Positions 31,028 through 41,940 are shown, counted from the stretch's first letter. The stretch is 64,000 bases of DNA from an uncultured delta proteobacterium (GCA_963727865.1 CAVSHY010000014.1:38236-102235); one strand, 5' to 3'. The notes: generated by a model from the letters alone, not told the origin. Translations and numbers: made by a program.

Positions 31028-31855
31028 ATGAGTGATTTCTTTCTTTATATAACCGCGCTTGTATACCTGTCGGCGACCGTGGCCTATTCGGCCTATCTCT
31101 TCCTGCGGCGAGACAATCTTATAAAAGCCGCGGAGGGCATTTTTATCGCGGGGTTCGGCTTCCACACCATAACTATCATAAGCGGGTGGGTCGAGGCGGG
31201 CCGTACGCCTGTTACGAGCCTGCATGAGTCCCTGAGCTTTTTCTCGTGGATGACGGCGGCGCTCTATTTCTATGTGCTATTTAAGTACGGGCAAAAGGTC
31301 CTCGGGGCCTTTGTAGCCCCTTTCGCGCTTTTGCTTTTAATAACGGCTTCGCTCATGCCGGGCAAAATTATACCCCTTTCGCCGGTCCTCGAGAGTTACT
31401 GGCTACCGGTCCATGTGATACTCGCGTTCCTGGGGAACGCCTTTTTCGCGCTCGCCTTTTTCCTCGGCATAATGTACATAATCCAGGAGCGTTACCTGAA
31501 GAAGAGGAAATTGAAGGGGCTTTTCTTTATCCTCCCCTCGCTCGAATCGATCGATGAGCTTAATTATAAATGTCTTCAGTACGGGTTCCCGCTCCTTACC
31601 CTTGCCATCATAACGGGGGCGATATGGTCTCAGTACGCCCTCGGGACTTACTGGGACTGGAAGCCGAGGCAGATCTGGTCTCTTATAACATGGTTTCTTT
31701 ACGCCGCGCTCCTTCACGGGAGGCTTACCGCCGGATGGCGCGGGAGGAAGGCGGCGATATTCTCAGGGACCGCTTTCATGGTCCTTCTCGGGTCTTTCAT
31801 AATAATAAATCTGGTTTCAGGCGGCTCGCACGGACTGACCGCCTTTAACAGGTGA
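31028..31855 (+). CDS. CcsA/ResC-family membrane protein (HemX-like) upstream of hemA
   Basis: 275 aa, eight TM, Trp-rich WxxxW segment (GTYWDWKPRQIWSLITW) of the cytochrome c assembly family; the position before hemA matches Bacillus-type hemX. Confidence 0.7.
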   Translation: MSDFFLYITALVYLSATVAYSAYLFLRRDNLIKAAEGIFIAGFGFHTITIISGWVEAGRTPVTSLHESLSFFSWMTAALYFYVLFKYGQKVLGAFVAPFALLLLITASLMPGKIIPLSPVLESYWLPVHVILAFLGNAFFALAFFLGIMYIIQERYLKKRKLKGLFFILPSLESIDELNYKCLQYGFPLLTLAIITGAIWSQYALGTYWDWKPRQIWSLITWFLYAALLHGRLTAGWRGRKAAIFSGTAFMVLLGSFIIINLVSGGSHGLTAFNR

Positions 31856-31859
31856 AGAG

Positions 31860-33167
31860 ATGAACCTCATTATCGTCGGACTCAACCATAAGACCTCGCC
31901 CGTGGAGATAAGGGAAAAGCTTTCTTTCCCGGCCGATACCATAAGCGAGCCCCTGATAAAGCTCACCAACCACTATGGCCTTAACGAGGCCGTGGTGCTC
32001 TCCACCTGTAACAGGGTCGAGGTGCTCGCCATCACGGGCGACATGGAAAAAGGGGTCTGGCAGGTAAAGCGTTTCCTCTCCGATTATCACAATATCCCTC
32101 TTGAAAAGCTCGATGAGCACCTGTACTCGCACTGCGGCGAGGAGGCCGTAAAGCACCTCTTCAGGGTCGCCTCCGGCCTCGATTCGATGGTCATGGGAGA
32201 GCCCCAGATCCTCGGGCAGGTAAAGGACTCGTACGGATACGCGGTACAGCATAATACCGCCGGGGTCGTGGTAAATAAGCTCTACCATAAGGCGTTTCAG
32301 GTCGCGAAGCGCATAAGGACGGAGACAAAGATAGGGGAGTCCGCCGTCTCCATCAGTTTCGCGGCCGTGGAGCTCGCGAGGAAGATATTCGGCAACCTTA
32401 CCGGCCATACCGTAATGCTGCTTGGCGCGGGCGAGATGGCGGAACTCGCGGCCAGGCACCTCATGTCCAACGGCGTACGGGAGATAATGGTCGCGAACAG
32501 GACCTACGAGAAGGCGATAGAGCTTGTAAAGGGGTTCGGCGGGACGGCGATAATGTTCCGCGAGTTCCCCCATTACCTCAAAAACGCGGATATAGTAATC
32601 GCCTCCACCGGGTCCCCGGACTTCATAATAAAACCGGATCAGGTGCGCGAGGTCATGCGGGAGAGGAAGCAGAAACCGATGTTCTTCATAGACATCTCCG
32701 TCCCCCGCAATATCGACCCGCTCGTCAATAATATCGATAACGCCTATGTCTATAACGTCGACGACCTTCAGGGCGTGGTGCAGGCGAACCTTCAGGAAAG
32801 GAGCAAGGAGGCAGGGGCCGCTGAGGGGATAATAGTGGAGGAGATAGAGAAGTTCTACCGCTGGATAAAATCCCTCGACGTCGTCCCCACGATAATCGCC
32901 CTGAGGCAGTGCTGCGACGGGATAAGGAAGGCGGAGCTCAATAAGGCGGTCCAATCACTCGGCAACCTTTCGGAGAAGGACCGGCAGGTGCTCGACGCCA
33001 TGACCTCCGCGATAGTCAATAAGATACTCCACCACCCTGTTACGCACCTTAAAAAAGAGTCCAGCAGGATAGAAGGGGATCTCTACATAGACACCGTCCG
33101 AAGGCTCTTCGACCTCGAAAACTCTCCCGACAACGCCTTGAAAAAGGCCCGCGGCAACGACGATTAA
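31860..33167 (+). CDS. hemA: glutamyl-tRNA reductase
   Basis: 435 aa; MNLIIVGLNHKTSPVEIREKL, catalytic CNRVEV, NADP Rossmann GAGEMA. Confidence 0.9.
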   Translation: MNLIIVGLNHKTSPVEIREKLSFPADTISEPLIKLTNHYGLNEAVVLSTCNRVEVLAITGDMEKGVWQVKRFLSDYHNIPLEKLDEHLYSHCGEEAVKHLFRVASGLDSMVMGEPQILGQVKDSYGYAVQHNTAGVVVNKLYHKAFQVAKRIRTETKIGESAVSISFAAVELARKIFGNLTGHTVMLLGAGEMAELAARHLMSNGVREIMVANRTYEKAIELVKGFGGTAIMFREFPHYLKNADIVIASTGSPDFIIKPDQVREVMRERKQKPMFFIDISVPRNIDPLVNNIDNAYVYNVDDLQGVVQANLQERSKEAGAAEGIIVEEIEKFYRWIKSLDVVPTIIALRQCCDGIRKAELNKAVQSLGNLSEKDRQVLDAMTSAIVNKILHHPVTHLKKESSRIEGDLYIDTVRRLFDLENSPDNALKKARGNDD

Positions 33168-33269
33168 GTCAAAAGGCCGTTTAAGCCACAGCAGGGTTCG
33201 ATTAGTCCCAACGCGTTTCTAAAGGCGGAGCGCACGGGGACGAATTTAAAAAAAGGAAAGGCAAGGATT

Positions 33270-34212
33270 TTGAAAAAGATCACGATCGGAACGCGCGGCA
33301 GCATGCTCGCGCTCTGGCAGGCGAACTGGGTAAAGTCGGAGATAGAAAAAAGAAACCCCGGCCTTGAAGTCGCCCTCGAGAAGATAAAAACCACCGGGGA
33401 TAAGATAACCGATGTCCCGCTCGCGATGGTAGGGGGGAAGGGGCTTTTCGTAAAGGAGATAGAAGAGGCCCTCCTTTCCGGCAAGGCCCAGCTCGCCGTC
33501 CACTCGATGAAGGACGTGCCGACGATATTCCCCGAGGGCCTTCATCTCAAGGCCATAACCGAGAGGGAAGACCCGAGGGACGCTCTTTTCAGCAGAAATG
33601 ATATAAAGCTACTCGACCTCCCGAAAGGGGCGCGGATAGGCACTTCGAGCCTGAGAAGGCAGGCGCAGATACTGAATAAGAGGCCTGATTTTCAGATACT
33701 TCACCTGAGGGGCAACCTCGATACCCGCATGAAGAAGCTCGATGAAGGGCGACTTCGACGCCATAATACTCGCGGGGGCCGGCGTAAAGAGGCTCGGATG
33801 GGCAAGTAGGATCACCGAATTCATCCCGCCGGAAGTCAGCCTTCCGGCGATAGGCCAGGGGGCGCTCGGCATAGAGACCCGCACCGAAGATAAATTCATA
33901 AACGGCCTTGTAGAGTTCTTTAACCATCCTGAGACCTCTGCGGCCGTAAGGGCCGAACGGGCGCTGTTAAAGAGGCTCGAGGGCGGGTGCCAGGTCCCGA
34001 TCGCGGCTTACGGAGAAGTCAAGGGCGAGAGCCTCAGGCTTACGGGCCTTGTCGCGTCCACCGACGGGAAGACCATCGTAAAAGACGTAATCACCGGGGA
34101 TAGGGACGAGGCAGAGGCCATTGGGGTAACTCTCGCCGAAAAGCTCCTCAAGATGGGGGCATGGGATATCTTAAAAGACCTCTACGAAGTAAACCCTCCG
34201 GGCGGGGCGTAA
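33270..34212 (+). CDS. hemC: porphobilinogen deaminase (hydroxymethylbilane synthase), +1 G in GGG run near 33745
   Basis: IGTRGS.LALWQA.. N-terminus. Frame switch between ..[12 protein letters not shown] and [16 protein letters not shown]; removing one G gives the canonical [13 protein letters not shown]. Confidence 0.85.
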
Positions 34213-34421
34213 AGACCTTTAAATTTTTGAGAGGACCGTCCGCCCCCAACCCTATCCACGCAAGGAGCGGGATAAGCGCCAGCCTGTGGAATATCGAAGG
34301 GTCACGGATATCCATGGGGGGGGGCGCCAAAGACAGTACGCAGGATTTTTTTAAACAAACCGGGTTTTTCTTCGGGAACGTTTACGTTCATTTAAACCGC
34401 CTTATTTTTAAAGTGGGCAGT

Positions 34422-34538
34422 TGAACGGGTGCTCGCCGCAATCCCGCCGCTTTAGAGGCGGGTCAAGGCGAGCTATAAAAATGACAATCACCTTACCGTG
34501 AAGAATCCCCGTCATTTATGGCGGGGTTCTTCAATATG
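34422..34538 (+). repeat. repeat family B copy
   Basis: Near-identical to 16008-16125 and 45712-45815. Confidence 0.75.
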
Positions 34539-34784
34539 ATACGCCATTCTACGATCCCTGAGCGTCGTAATCGGTCCCGCCCAGGATCTCTTCCCTGGTA
34601 TTATCCATTATGGCGTGGAGCGTCTCCAGACTGTTTTTGCAGCCGCCCCCGGCCTTCTTCCACTCAAGTTCTTTTTTCGCCCTTTTAAGTTCCGCCATGT
34701 CCCTGACGGGTTTTTCCGGCTCCCCGGACGTTTTTCCCCTGTTCTTTTTCATTACTTTTTCTCCGGCGTCAAAAACCGGCACCG

Positions 34785-36311
34785 CTACGCGAACTGTCTG
34801 TCAAGCGTCCTGTACTGTATCGCCTCTGAAATATGGTGAGGCCTTATCTTATCTTCGGTCTCCAGATCGGCTATCGTCCGTGAGACCTTGAGTATTCTCG
34901 TATACGCCCTCGCCGAAAGCCCGAGCTTATCCACCGCGGTCTCCAGAAGCCTTACGGATGACGCGTCGAGATCGCAGAAATTTTTAATGTGCCTTGAAGG
35001 CAGCCTGCTATTCCAGTAAATCTTCTTCCCTTCGAACCTTTCAGCCTGGATCTTTCTCGCCGCGTCGACCCTTTTTTTGACCTCCCCGGATGTTTCGTTG
35101 ATTTTATCCACGGTGAGTTCCCGGAACCTCACCGCGGGCACGTCGCAGTGTATGTCTATGCGGTCAAGGAGCGGGCCAGAGAGCCTTGACCTGTACTGGA
35201 TGACGCGCATGGGGGTGCATACGCACTCCTTGTTCTGGTCGCCGAGATGTCCGCAGGGGCACGGGTTCATCGCGCCCACGAGCATGAAATCAGCGGGGAA
35301 TGTAAGAGACATCGCCGCTCTCGATATGGTAACCCTGCCGTCCTCCACGGGCTGTCTTAAGACCTCAAGCACGTTCTTCTTGAACTCCGGCATCTCGTCG
35401 AGGAATAAAACCCCGTTATGCGCGAGACTCACTTCGCCGGGCCTGGGCACCTTGCCGCCCCCTATAAGCCCGGCGTCCGATACCGTATGGTGCGGCGCCC
35501 TGAAAGGCCTTTCCGTGATAAGAGGAGAGCCGGGGGAGAGGGCGCCGGCGACGCTATGGATCTTTGTCGTCTCTATGGCTTCGTCAAGCGTCAAGTCCGG
35601 CAGTATCGTCGGAAGGCGTCTGGCGAGCATCGTCTTTCCGGACCCCGGGGGGCCGATCATCAGGACGTTGTGGCCTCCGGCCGCGGCGACCTCAAGCGCC
35701 CTTTTGACATGGCCCTGTCCTTTTACCTCGGAAAAATCGACCTGCAGCGGAGCTTCTCCCCTGAAGTACTCATTAATGTCAAGCCTGAAGGGTTCTATCG
35801 TAAGCTTTCCGTTCAGGAATTCCACGACGTTGGCGAGGTTATTTATGCCGAATACGTCAAGCCCATCCACTAAAGCGGCCTCTCGCCGGTTTTCTACCGG
35901 CACGATCAATTTTTTATTCAATTTTTTCGCCAGGACCGCTATCGAAAGCACCCCGCGGACGGGCTTTATGCCGCCATCCAGGGAAAGCTCTCCGAGTATA
36001 AGATAATCCATGATGCTCTCATCGGTTATGACGCCTTCCGCTTTAAGTATGCCGGCGGCTACCGGCAGGTCAAAAGCCGTGCCCTCTTTTTTTATGTGAG
36101 CGGGCGCAAGGTTTATCGTTATTTTCTTCGCCGGGAAGGTGTAGCCGGAGTTCTTTATCGCGGATTTTACCCTGTCCTTATTCTCTTTTACGGCGCTATC
36201 GGGAAGTCCGACCGTGGAGAAGAACGGCAGTCCCCTGGAGATATCAACCTCGACTTCCACAGGGTAAGCGTCAATACCCAGCGTAGAACCTGTTAAAACC
36301 TTGGCGAGCAT
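34785..36311 (-). CDS. YifB/ComM family Mg-chelatase-like AAA+ ATPase
   Basis: 508 aa; N-terminal Lon-SSD-like domain, Walker A GPPGSGKT, Mg-chelatase ChlI-like core, C-terminal domain. Confidence 0.9.
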   Translation of the reverse strand: MLAKVLTGSTLGIDAYPVEVEVDISRGLPFFSTVGLPDSAVKENKDRVKSAIKNSGYTFPAKKITINLAPAHIKKEGTAFDLPVAAGILKAEGVITDESIMDYLILGELSLDGGIKPVRGVLSIAVLAKKLNKKLIVPVENRREAALVDGLDVFGINNLANVVEFLNGKLTIEPFRLDINEYFRGEAPLQVDFSEVKGQGHVKRALEVAAAGGHNVLMIGPPGSGKTMLARRLPTILPDLTLDEAIETTKIHSVAGALSPGSPLITERPFRAPHHTVSDAGLIGGGKVPRPGEVSLAHNGVLFLDEMPEFKKNVLEVLRQPVEDGRVTISRAAMSLTFPADFMLVGAMNPCPCGHLGDQNKECVCTPMRVIQYRSRLSGPLLDRIDIHCDVPAVRFRELTVDKINETSGEVKKRVDAARKIQAERFEGKKIYWNSRLPSRHIKNFCDLDASSVRLLETAVDKLGLSARAYTRILKVSRTIADLETEDKIRPHHISEAIQYRTLDRQFA

Positions 36312-36543
36312 GAGCTATATATACCCTAACACACACTGTTTAGTTGTCCGATTTGTCAAATAAAAACGTAGGGTTGAATGAAGGCCCTATGTTTGGCCGA
36401 TGGAGGCACGTATAACTAATTTCCAATATCAAAGATACCCCTCTTTGTCAAGAGTTATAAGGACGGCGCCGATGGACTAAGGGCGTATTGAAAATGCAAC
36501 GCGGGCGCATCCCCGGAGTTTGCCGCGTAAACTTCAATCTTAA

Positions 36544-37845
36544 TCAGCGCTTGGGCCCGTTCTCCAAGCTCTCCCTGAAATATACGTTCACATTATCGAG
36601 GGCGCAGAAACTCCCGCACATGGTGCATGTGTCGGGTTCAGCCGGGGCGCGGTTTGCCCTTATCTCGGAAGCTTTTTCGCCGAAAAGGCCAAGCCTCTTC
36701 TGGTCATCCCATCTCAAGTCTCGCCTTGCCTTTGACATCTGCATGTCCCTGGCCGTCATCCCTAACTTGACCATATCCCCGGCGTGCGCCGCGATCCTTG
36801 CGGCGCAGACGCCCTCTATCACGTCCTCTTTTGAGGGGAGGGCGAGGTGTTCCGCGGGCGTAACGTAGCAGATAAGGTCAGCGCCGTACCTGGCCGCTTG
36901 CGCGGCCCCTATCGCGGCTGAAATATGGTCATAACCGGCCGCCACGTCGGTTGTGAGGGGGCCGAGCACGTAAAATGGCGCGTCCCCGCTCATCCTCTTC
37001 TGCAGTTTCACATTCGCTTCGATGTCATCAAGGGGCAGATGCCCCGGCCCCTCGCACATCATCTGACAGCCCATGTCCTGACCTAAATTAGCGAGCTCGC
37101 AGTTTATGAGGAGCTCCTGAACCTGCGCCCGGTCCAGGCTGTCATGGACCGCGCCCGCGCGGAGCCCGTTCCCGAGGCTGAGGACGCAGTCGTATTTCTT
37201 GAGGATCCCGACGACGCGGTCGAACCTCTCGTAAAGCGGGTTCTCCCTGTTATTCTTAAGCATCCACCCGACCATATAAGACCCGCCCCTCGATACCAGC
37301 CCGCCGTACCTGTACCCCTGCCTGTTGAGCCTCTCGATAGTGAGTCTGTTGATGCCGCAGTGCACCGCCATGAAGGATATGCCGTCAGCGCACTGCCTTT
37401 CGATCACATCGAAAAGGAGCTCCTCGGTGAGTTTATTCGGGTCGTGATATTTTTCTATCGCCTCTTTGAAGGCCTGGTAGAGGGGGACGCTTCCGACCGT
37501 CAGGTTCGTGGCCTGAAGGACTTCCTTCCTGATGCCGTCGAGGTCCCCTCCGACAGAGAGTTCCATCAGGGTATCCGCGCCAGCTTTTTCGGCCGCAAGC
37601 GCCTTTTCCACCTCGGCCTTTACGTCGATTATATCCGAAGAGGTGCCGATACTGGCGTTGACCTTTGTCCTCAGGCCCTTTCCTATGCCGACGAGCCTTG
37701 CCTTACGGTTTTTGTTGTTCGGTATGACCGCCTTCCCCTCCGCGATGGTTTCCATCAGGTATTCGGCGGAGACCCCTTCCAGAGCGGCGGCTTCCTTCAT
37801 CTCGCCGGTGATTATGCGTTTTTTCGCGGACTCGATCTGTGTCAT
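36544..37845 (-). CDS. ThiC-family radical SAM enzyme; candidate 5-hydroxybenzimidazole synthase (BzaF) rather than thiamine ThiC
   Basis: 434 aa with the ThiC fold and C-terminal CTMCGSFCALD Fe-S motif. Sits on the same strand immediately after cbiA in a riboswitch-controlled cobOUTSC-cbiA operon. No THI-box (CUGAGA etc.) is present in the 108-bp upstream gap. Confidence 0.6.
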   Translation of the reverse strand: MTQIESAKKRIITGEMKEAAALEGVSAEYLMETIAEGKAVIPNNKNRKARLVGIGKGLRTKVNASIGTSSDIIDVKAEVEKALAAEKAGADTLMELSVGGDLDGIRKEVLQATNLTVGSVPLYQAFKEAIEKYHDPNKLTEELLFDVIERQCADGISFMAVHCGINRLTIERLNRQGYRYGGLVSRGGSYMVGWMLKNNRENPLYERFDRVVGILKKYDCVLSLGNGLRAGAVHDSLDRAQVQELLINCELANLGQDMGCQMMCEGPGHLPLDDIEANVKLQKRMSGDAPFYVLGPLTTDVAAGYDHISAAIGAAQAARYGADLICYVTPAEHLALPSKEDVIEGVCAARIAAHAGDMVKLGMTARDMQMSKARRDLRWDDQKRLGLFGEKASEIRANRAPAEPDTCTMCGSFCALDNVNVYFRESLENGPKR

Positions 37846-37859
37846 CAATAGCTCCTCTG

Positions 37860-37990
37860 ATTTTTGGATTGAAGAACTCCCGCATAAATGCCGGAGTTCC
37901 CGATGGTAAGGTATGTCATTTATATTCGCCGCGCCTTGACCCGCCCGGCCTTTTAAGGGCGGGCAAGGCGGGCGTTCCATTCACCGCACA
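37860..37990 (-). repeat. repeat family B copy (inverted orientation, diverged, compensatory stems) between cbiA and the ThiC-family gene
   Basis: On the - strand the core ATATAAATGACATACCTTACCATCG is flanked by hairpins CGCCTTGCCCGCCC..GGGCGGGTCAAGGCG and GAACTCCGG..CGGGAGTTC. Other copies have GAATCCCCG..CGGGGTTC at the same position. Confidence 0.6.
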
Positions 37991-39369
37991 TCTTTACAAA
38001 ACCGCTCGCGAACGCCGGGTTACTCCCGAAATGGATGTGTATGTAGCTCGCGAGAGTGTTTTTGTAGAGGTAGCCTTCCGAAACCTCTCTCCTCTCCCTG
38101 TTTTTAAAACTGAAAATCCTTTTTATCCTTGAAGGCGGATTTGAGATTTCCGAGTAGTGGTATTCGTGGCCCCTTACTGTGCCGCCGGCGGGGAGTATGG
38201 GAGACGGCTTGATTTGAACCTCCCTGTACCCGAGAGCCTTTCTCCTAAAAAGCATCCGCGATCTCCATGGGAAAACGCCGCACTGGGAATAACTCTTTCC
38301 GCCCGTGTCCACGATAGATTTTCCGAGGTACATAAGCCCGCCGCACTCCGCGTATATCGGCAGCCCCATTTTAGAGAGGCTCTTCAGTTCCTCCCTCATT
38401 GAAAGGTTAGCCTGAAGCTCTTTAGCCCGGAGCTCCGGGTACCCGCCGCCGAGGTAGACCCCGTTTATTCCAGGGGGCAGACCCTTATCTTTAAGGGGGC
38501 TGAAGAAAACAATGCGGGCGCCGAAGCCCCTCAATAGCTCAAGATTTTCTTCGTAATAGAAACAAAACGCCTTATCCCGCGCGACGGCTATACTTACCGC
38601 GGGCTTCCTGCATTGCGCTTCTTCTAAACCCTTTAATCTTACGCGTCCGCTTTGCGGCAATCCTTTCAGAAGGCTTTTTAGATCGATATTTTTTTCAATG
38701 AACGAGGCGGCCTTCCCTATAAACCTTTTCCACGCCTTTCCTTCGAATGTCCGCGGAAGTAACGAGACCGAGGTGGCGTTCCGGCATCGATAAAGACTCG
38801 TCCCTCGGCACGCAGCCGAGCACCCTTGCGTTCGAATCACGCGGCGCCGAGTCCCTTAAGACCTTGCAATGAGCGGGGCTCGCGACCTTATTAAAGACGA
38901 CCCATCTGACATTAACCTGAGGGTCGAAACTCTCAAACCCCTTTATGATCGCCCCGGCGCTTCTCGCTGTTTTTGAAGCGTCAATTACAAGCAGAACCGG
39001 GAGATTTAGGAGCTTTGAAAGCCCTGAGGTCGAGCCCTCGTCGCTCAGGCCGTCTTTGCCGTCAAAAAGGCCCATCACCCCCTCAATGACCCCTATATCC
39101 GCCCCTGTCATATTCCTGAGGAAGGTATCTCTTACTCCACGGTTCCCCATCATCCAGGTATCGAGATTATATGAAGGCCTTTTCAGGAGCGCGCTGTGGT
39201 GGCCGGGGTCTATGTAATCGGGACCGGCCTTAAAGGGCTGGACAATAAGGTTTCTCCGTCTGAGCGATTCCATAATGCCGAGGGTAATTAGGGTCTTGCC
39301 GGAGCCGCTGCTAACGCCCGCAATGATAAAGGCGGAAGGGTCCGTAAAGTTTTTTTTCTTTTTTTCCAT
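37953..39369 (-). CDS. cbiA: cobyrinate a,c-diamide synthase (CbiA/CobB), frameshifted near 38720-38760
   Basis: N-terminal ATPase domain (GVSSGSGKT) in ORF 38695-39369, C-terminal GATase domain (..AECGGLMYL..) in ORF 37953-38840; the frames switch within an AAAGG/AAAAGG-rich stretch. Confidence 0.8.
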
Positions 39370-39414
39370 TAAAGAATACCCGCCGGAAAAGAGAAAGGCG
39401 TTGACAGGCCGCGG

Positions 39415-40050
39415 CTAATAAATTTCCGTTACCTTCATCTCCTGATTAGGCCCGCCGTTTAAGAGTTTAACGACCTTTACGCCGTCCGCGAAGCAATCTA
39501 TGACGTTCAGGCAGCCGTAGTCCTGCTCGATCCTGAAGAAATTCTCGATAGAGAGCCCCATCGCGTCGCAGAGTATCACCCTGTTCACTCCGCCGTGGGC
39601 TACAACGCAGACGGAGCCGTTCCTGTGTTTTTTTGTGATCTCATCGACGGCCGGCAGGACCCTTTCCCTTAAATCAAGGAGGTTTTCTCCGCCCTTGACC
39701 TTGCTCGTCGCGAGGTCCCTGAACCTGAAGCCGGCTTCCTCCGGGAATCTCTCCGCGGCCTCCTCTCTCGTCAGCCCTTCCCACCTGCCGAGGTGGAGTT
39801 CCCTGAGGGCGTGCGCCTTTTCGGGGTTAATCCCCAATCCTTTTCCGATTATGACCGCCCCCTTAAAGGCCCTCTGCAGGTCGCTTGAGTACACCGCCTT
39901 AATGGGAGTCCCGGATAAAAACCCGGAGAGCATTTCCATCTGCTCAACGCCTTTTTCGGTTATATCGATATCAAAGTGCCCGTTATAACGAAGCTCCTGG
40001 TGGTTAACTACCTGGCCGTGGCGTATGAGATAAAGCCTTGTTGCGTCCAT
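39415..40050 (-). CDS. cobC: histidine phosphatase family; likely alpha-ribazole phosphatase
   Basis: LIRHGQ RHG motif, PGM-family fold; context between cobS and cbiA. Confidence 0.7.
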   Translation of the reverse strand: MDATRLYLIRHGQVVNHQELRYNGHFDIDITEKGVEQMEMLSGFLSGTPIKAVYSSDLQRAFKGAVIIGKGLGINPEKAHALRELHLGRWEGLTREEAAERFPEEAGFRFRDLATSKVKGGENLLDLRERVLPAVDEITKKHRNGSVCVVAHGGVNRVILCDAMGLSIENFFRIEQDYGCLNVIDCFADGVKVVKLLNGGPNQEMKVTEIY

Positions 40051-40089
40051 CTTGATCCCCCCTAAAAACGGAACAAAAAGAGTTTCTGT

Positions 40090-40851
40090 TTATATATGCG
40101 GTTGCGCCGCGAGAATCCTCGTGAGCGCCAGAGTTGTTATTAAAAATACCGCCTCCGCGACCTCGCTCTGGAACCCGAAGACATCGCCGGTAACTCCCCC
40201 TATCTTCTTTTTAAAAAAGGCCGAGAACAAATAAATGATAACCCCCAACAGTAACATGAGAAAGAGGGAAAATAGACCGAGGGCCAGGGCGGATAAGACA
40301 GCGGTTAAAACAGTCGCCTTGATAAAAGTAGCCCCCGTGTTGCCCGCGAACGCGGCCCCGAGGCCGCTATCGCTTCTCGCGTATTTTGACCAATACGCCA
40401 TCGGCACCATCGCCCAGCGCCCGATTACCGGGAATATGAACATAACGGGCATCTTCGCTTCCACAGGCATCCCGTCAAGGGCGAGGTACTTTAAGAGTAT
40501 GAGAAGAACCACGAAGGCGACCCCGATGGCCCCCGTTGAGGAATCGCGCATTATCCTGAGCCTTTCTTCCCGGGTGGACCCTCCGGCAAGTCCGTCCACC
40601 GTATCGGCAAACCCGTCGAGATGAAGCCCGCCGTTCGAGAGCACGAGCACAAGGAGCGCTATCCCGGTTACCAGATTACCCGGGAGAAGCCCGGAGAGGA
40701 CATAACTTGAAATAACAAGGAGCCCTCCCTGCAGAGCGCCGACAAGCGGGAAATAGCTCATCGAGGCCGCAAGGTCATCAACGGATATTTCGAGGTCTTT
40801 TTTAACCCGCAATACCGTCAAAAACTGAAGGGCGAGTATAAATCGCTTCAT
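40090..40851 (-). CDS. cobS: adenosylcobinamide-GDP ribazoletransferase (cobalamin synthase)
   Basis: 253 aa polytopic membrane protein with CobS-family N-terminus FLTVLRVK and conserved Asp-rich loop. Confidence 0.85.
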   Translation of the reverse strand: MKRFILALQFLTVLRVKKDLEISVDDLAASMSYFPLVGALQGGLLVISSYVLSGLLPGNLVTGIALLVLVLSNGGLHLDGFADTVDGLAGGSTREERLRIMRDSSTGAIGVAFVVLLILLKYLALDGMPVEAKMPVMFIFPVIGRWAMVPMAYWSKYARSDSGLGAAFAGNTGATFIKATVLTAVLSALALGLFSLFLMLLLGVIIYLFSAFFKKKIGGVTGDVFGFQSEVAEAVFLITTLALTRILAAQPHI

Positions 40852-40884
40852 CCTGAAAATTTCTTTCCACAGATATTACCGTCT

Positions 40885-41940
40885 TTAAACATTCTTTTCA
40901 GAGACCCCCGCGTCCCCGAAGGTCGCCATTTCATTGTATATTTTAACCGCGGCTTCGATCAATGAGATGGCAATGGCAGCCCCCGTGCCTTCGCCGAGGC
41001 GCAGGTCGAGATCGACGAAGGGCTTAAGCCCCATCCTCTCGAGCATCACCCTGTGGCCTCTTTCGACGGAGTTATGGGATGCGAAGAGATAATCTTTTAC
41101 CGCGGGCTTGAGCTCGTAAGCGATAAGCGCCCCCGCCGTTGAGATGAAACCGTCGATGACGACCGGGATACGCCTTGCCGCCGCTCCTATTATAAGCCCC
41201 GTGATCCCGGCTATCTCCGCCCCGCCGACCTTCGAGAGGACGTCTATCGGGTCTGACGGGTCTGGTTTATTTATCCTTAAAGCGTCTTCTATCACTGTTA
41301 CCTTATGCTTGAAGCTCAACTCGTCTATCCCTGTGCCTCTGCCGGTAACGTCTTCTACGCGGGCCCCGGAAATTGCGGCGATAATGGCGCTCGAAGGGGT
41401 GGTATTAGCTATGCCCATCTCGCCCGTGCCGAATACCGCTCCTTCCTCCCCGTATTCCTGAGCCAGGGATAATCCGACCTCTACGCACTTCAAAGCCTCT
41501 TCCCTTGTCATAGCCGGGCCTTTACGCATGTTCCGGGTCCCCCGGACGACTTTTTTCCTTATTAGCCCCTTTGCCTCGCTGAATTCACAGTCAACCCCGA
41601 CATCAACGACCGCGACTTCTGCGCCGGCGTGCCGCGCGAGGACGTTTATCCCGGCGCCGCCCTTCAGAAAATTGTAGACCATCTGGGCCGTAACCTCTTT
41701 TGGGAAGGCGGAAACCCCTTCATCCGCGACGCCGTGGTCCCCCGCGAAAGTGAAAATTATCTTCCTTTTAATCCGGGGTTTCGTGTTCCGCGTTATGGCG
41801 ACATACCTCCTCGCGAACTCCTCAAGACGCCCGAGGCTGTCTTTAGGCTTGGTCAGCATATCAAGCCTTGCCTGCGCCTTATCGAGAAAAGCCGGGTCAA
41901 CCGGGGTTATTGATCCAAGGGTTTCTTCCAGTATTGACAT
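40885..41940 (-). CDS. cobT: nicotinate-nucleotide--dimethylbenzimidazole phosphoribosyltransferase
   Basis: 351 aa; CobT fold with GEMGIANTT-type motif. Confidence 0.9.
   Translation of the reverse strand: MSILEETLGSITPVDPAFLDKAQARLDMLTKPKDSLGRLEEFARRYVAITRNTKPRIKRKIIFTFAGDHGVADEGVSAFPKEVTAQMVYNFLKGGAGINVLARHAGAEVAVVDVGVDCEFSEAKGLIRKKVVRGTRNMRKGPAMTREEALKCVEVGLSLAQEYGEEGAVFGTGEMGIANTTPSSAIIAAISGARVEDVTGRGTGIDELSFKHKVTVIEDALRINKPDPSDPIDVLSKVGGAEIAGITGLIIGAAARRIPVVIDGFISTAGALIAYELKPAVKDYLFASHNSVERGHRVMLERMGLKPFVDLDLRLGEGTGAAIAISLIEAAVKIYNEMATFGDAGVSEKNV

Noticed and set aside
31845-32954. Long antisense ORFs (31845-32954 opposite hemA, 369 aa; 24080-25090 opposite RNase J; 2415-3104 opposite tkt; 37144-37851 opposite the ThiC paralog; 12117-12644 opposite the cytochromes)
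   Set aside because: These are typical of high-GC DNA. The sense strand carries unambiguous conserved proteins, whereas the antisense translations are low-complexity (R/P/G-rich) with no motifs.
34549-34782. 77-aa minus-strand ORF between repeat B and yifB
   Set aside because: It has no recognisable motif and a weak start context, and it could be a read-through of the yifB 3' region. It was left uncalled.
37846-37990. Expected a TPP (THI-box) riboswitch in front of the ThiC-family gene
   Set aside because: The 145-nt leader has no CUGAGA or ACCUGAUCUGGAUAAUGCCAGC-like elements. It is instead an inverted copy of repeat family B. The absence itself supports the BzaF hypothesis.
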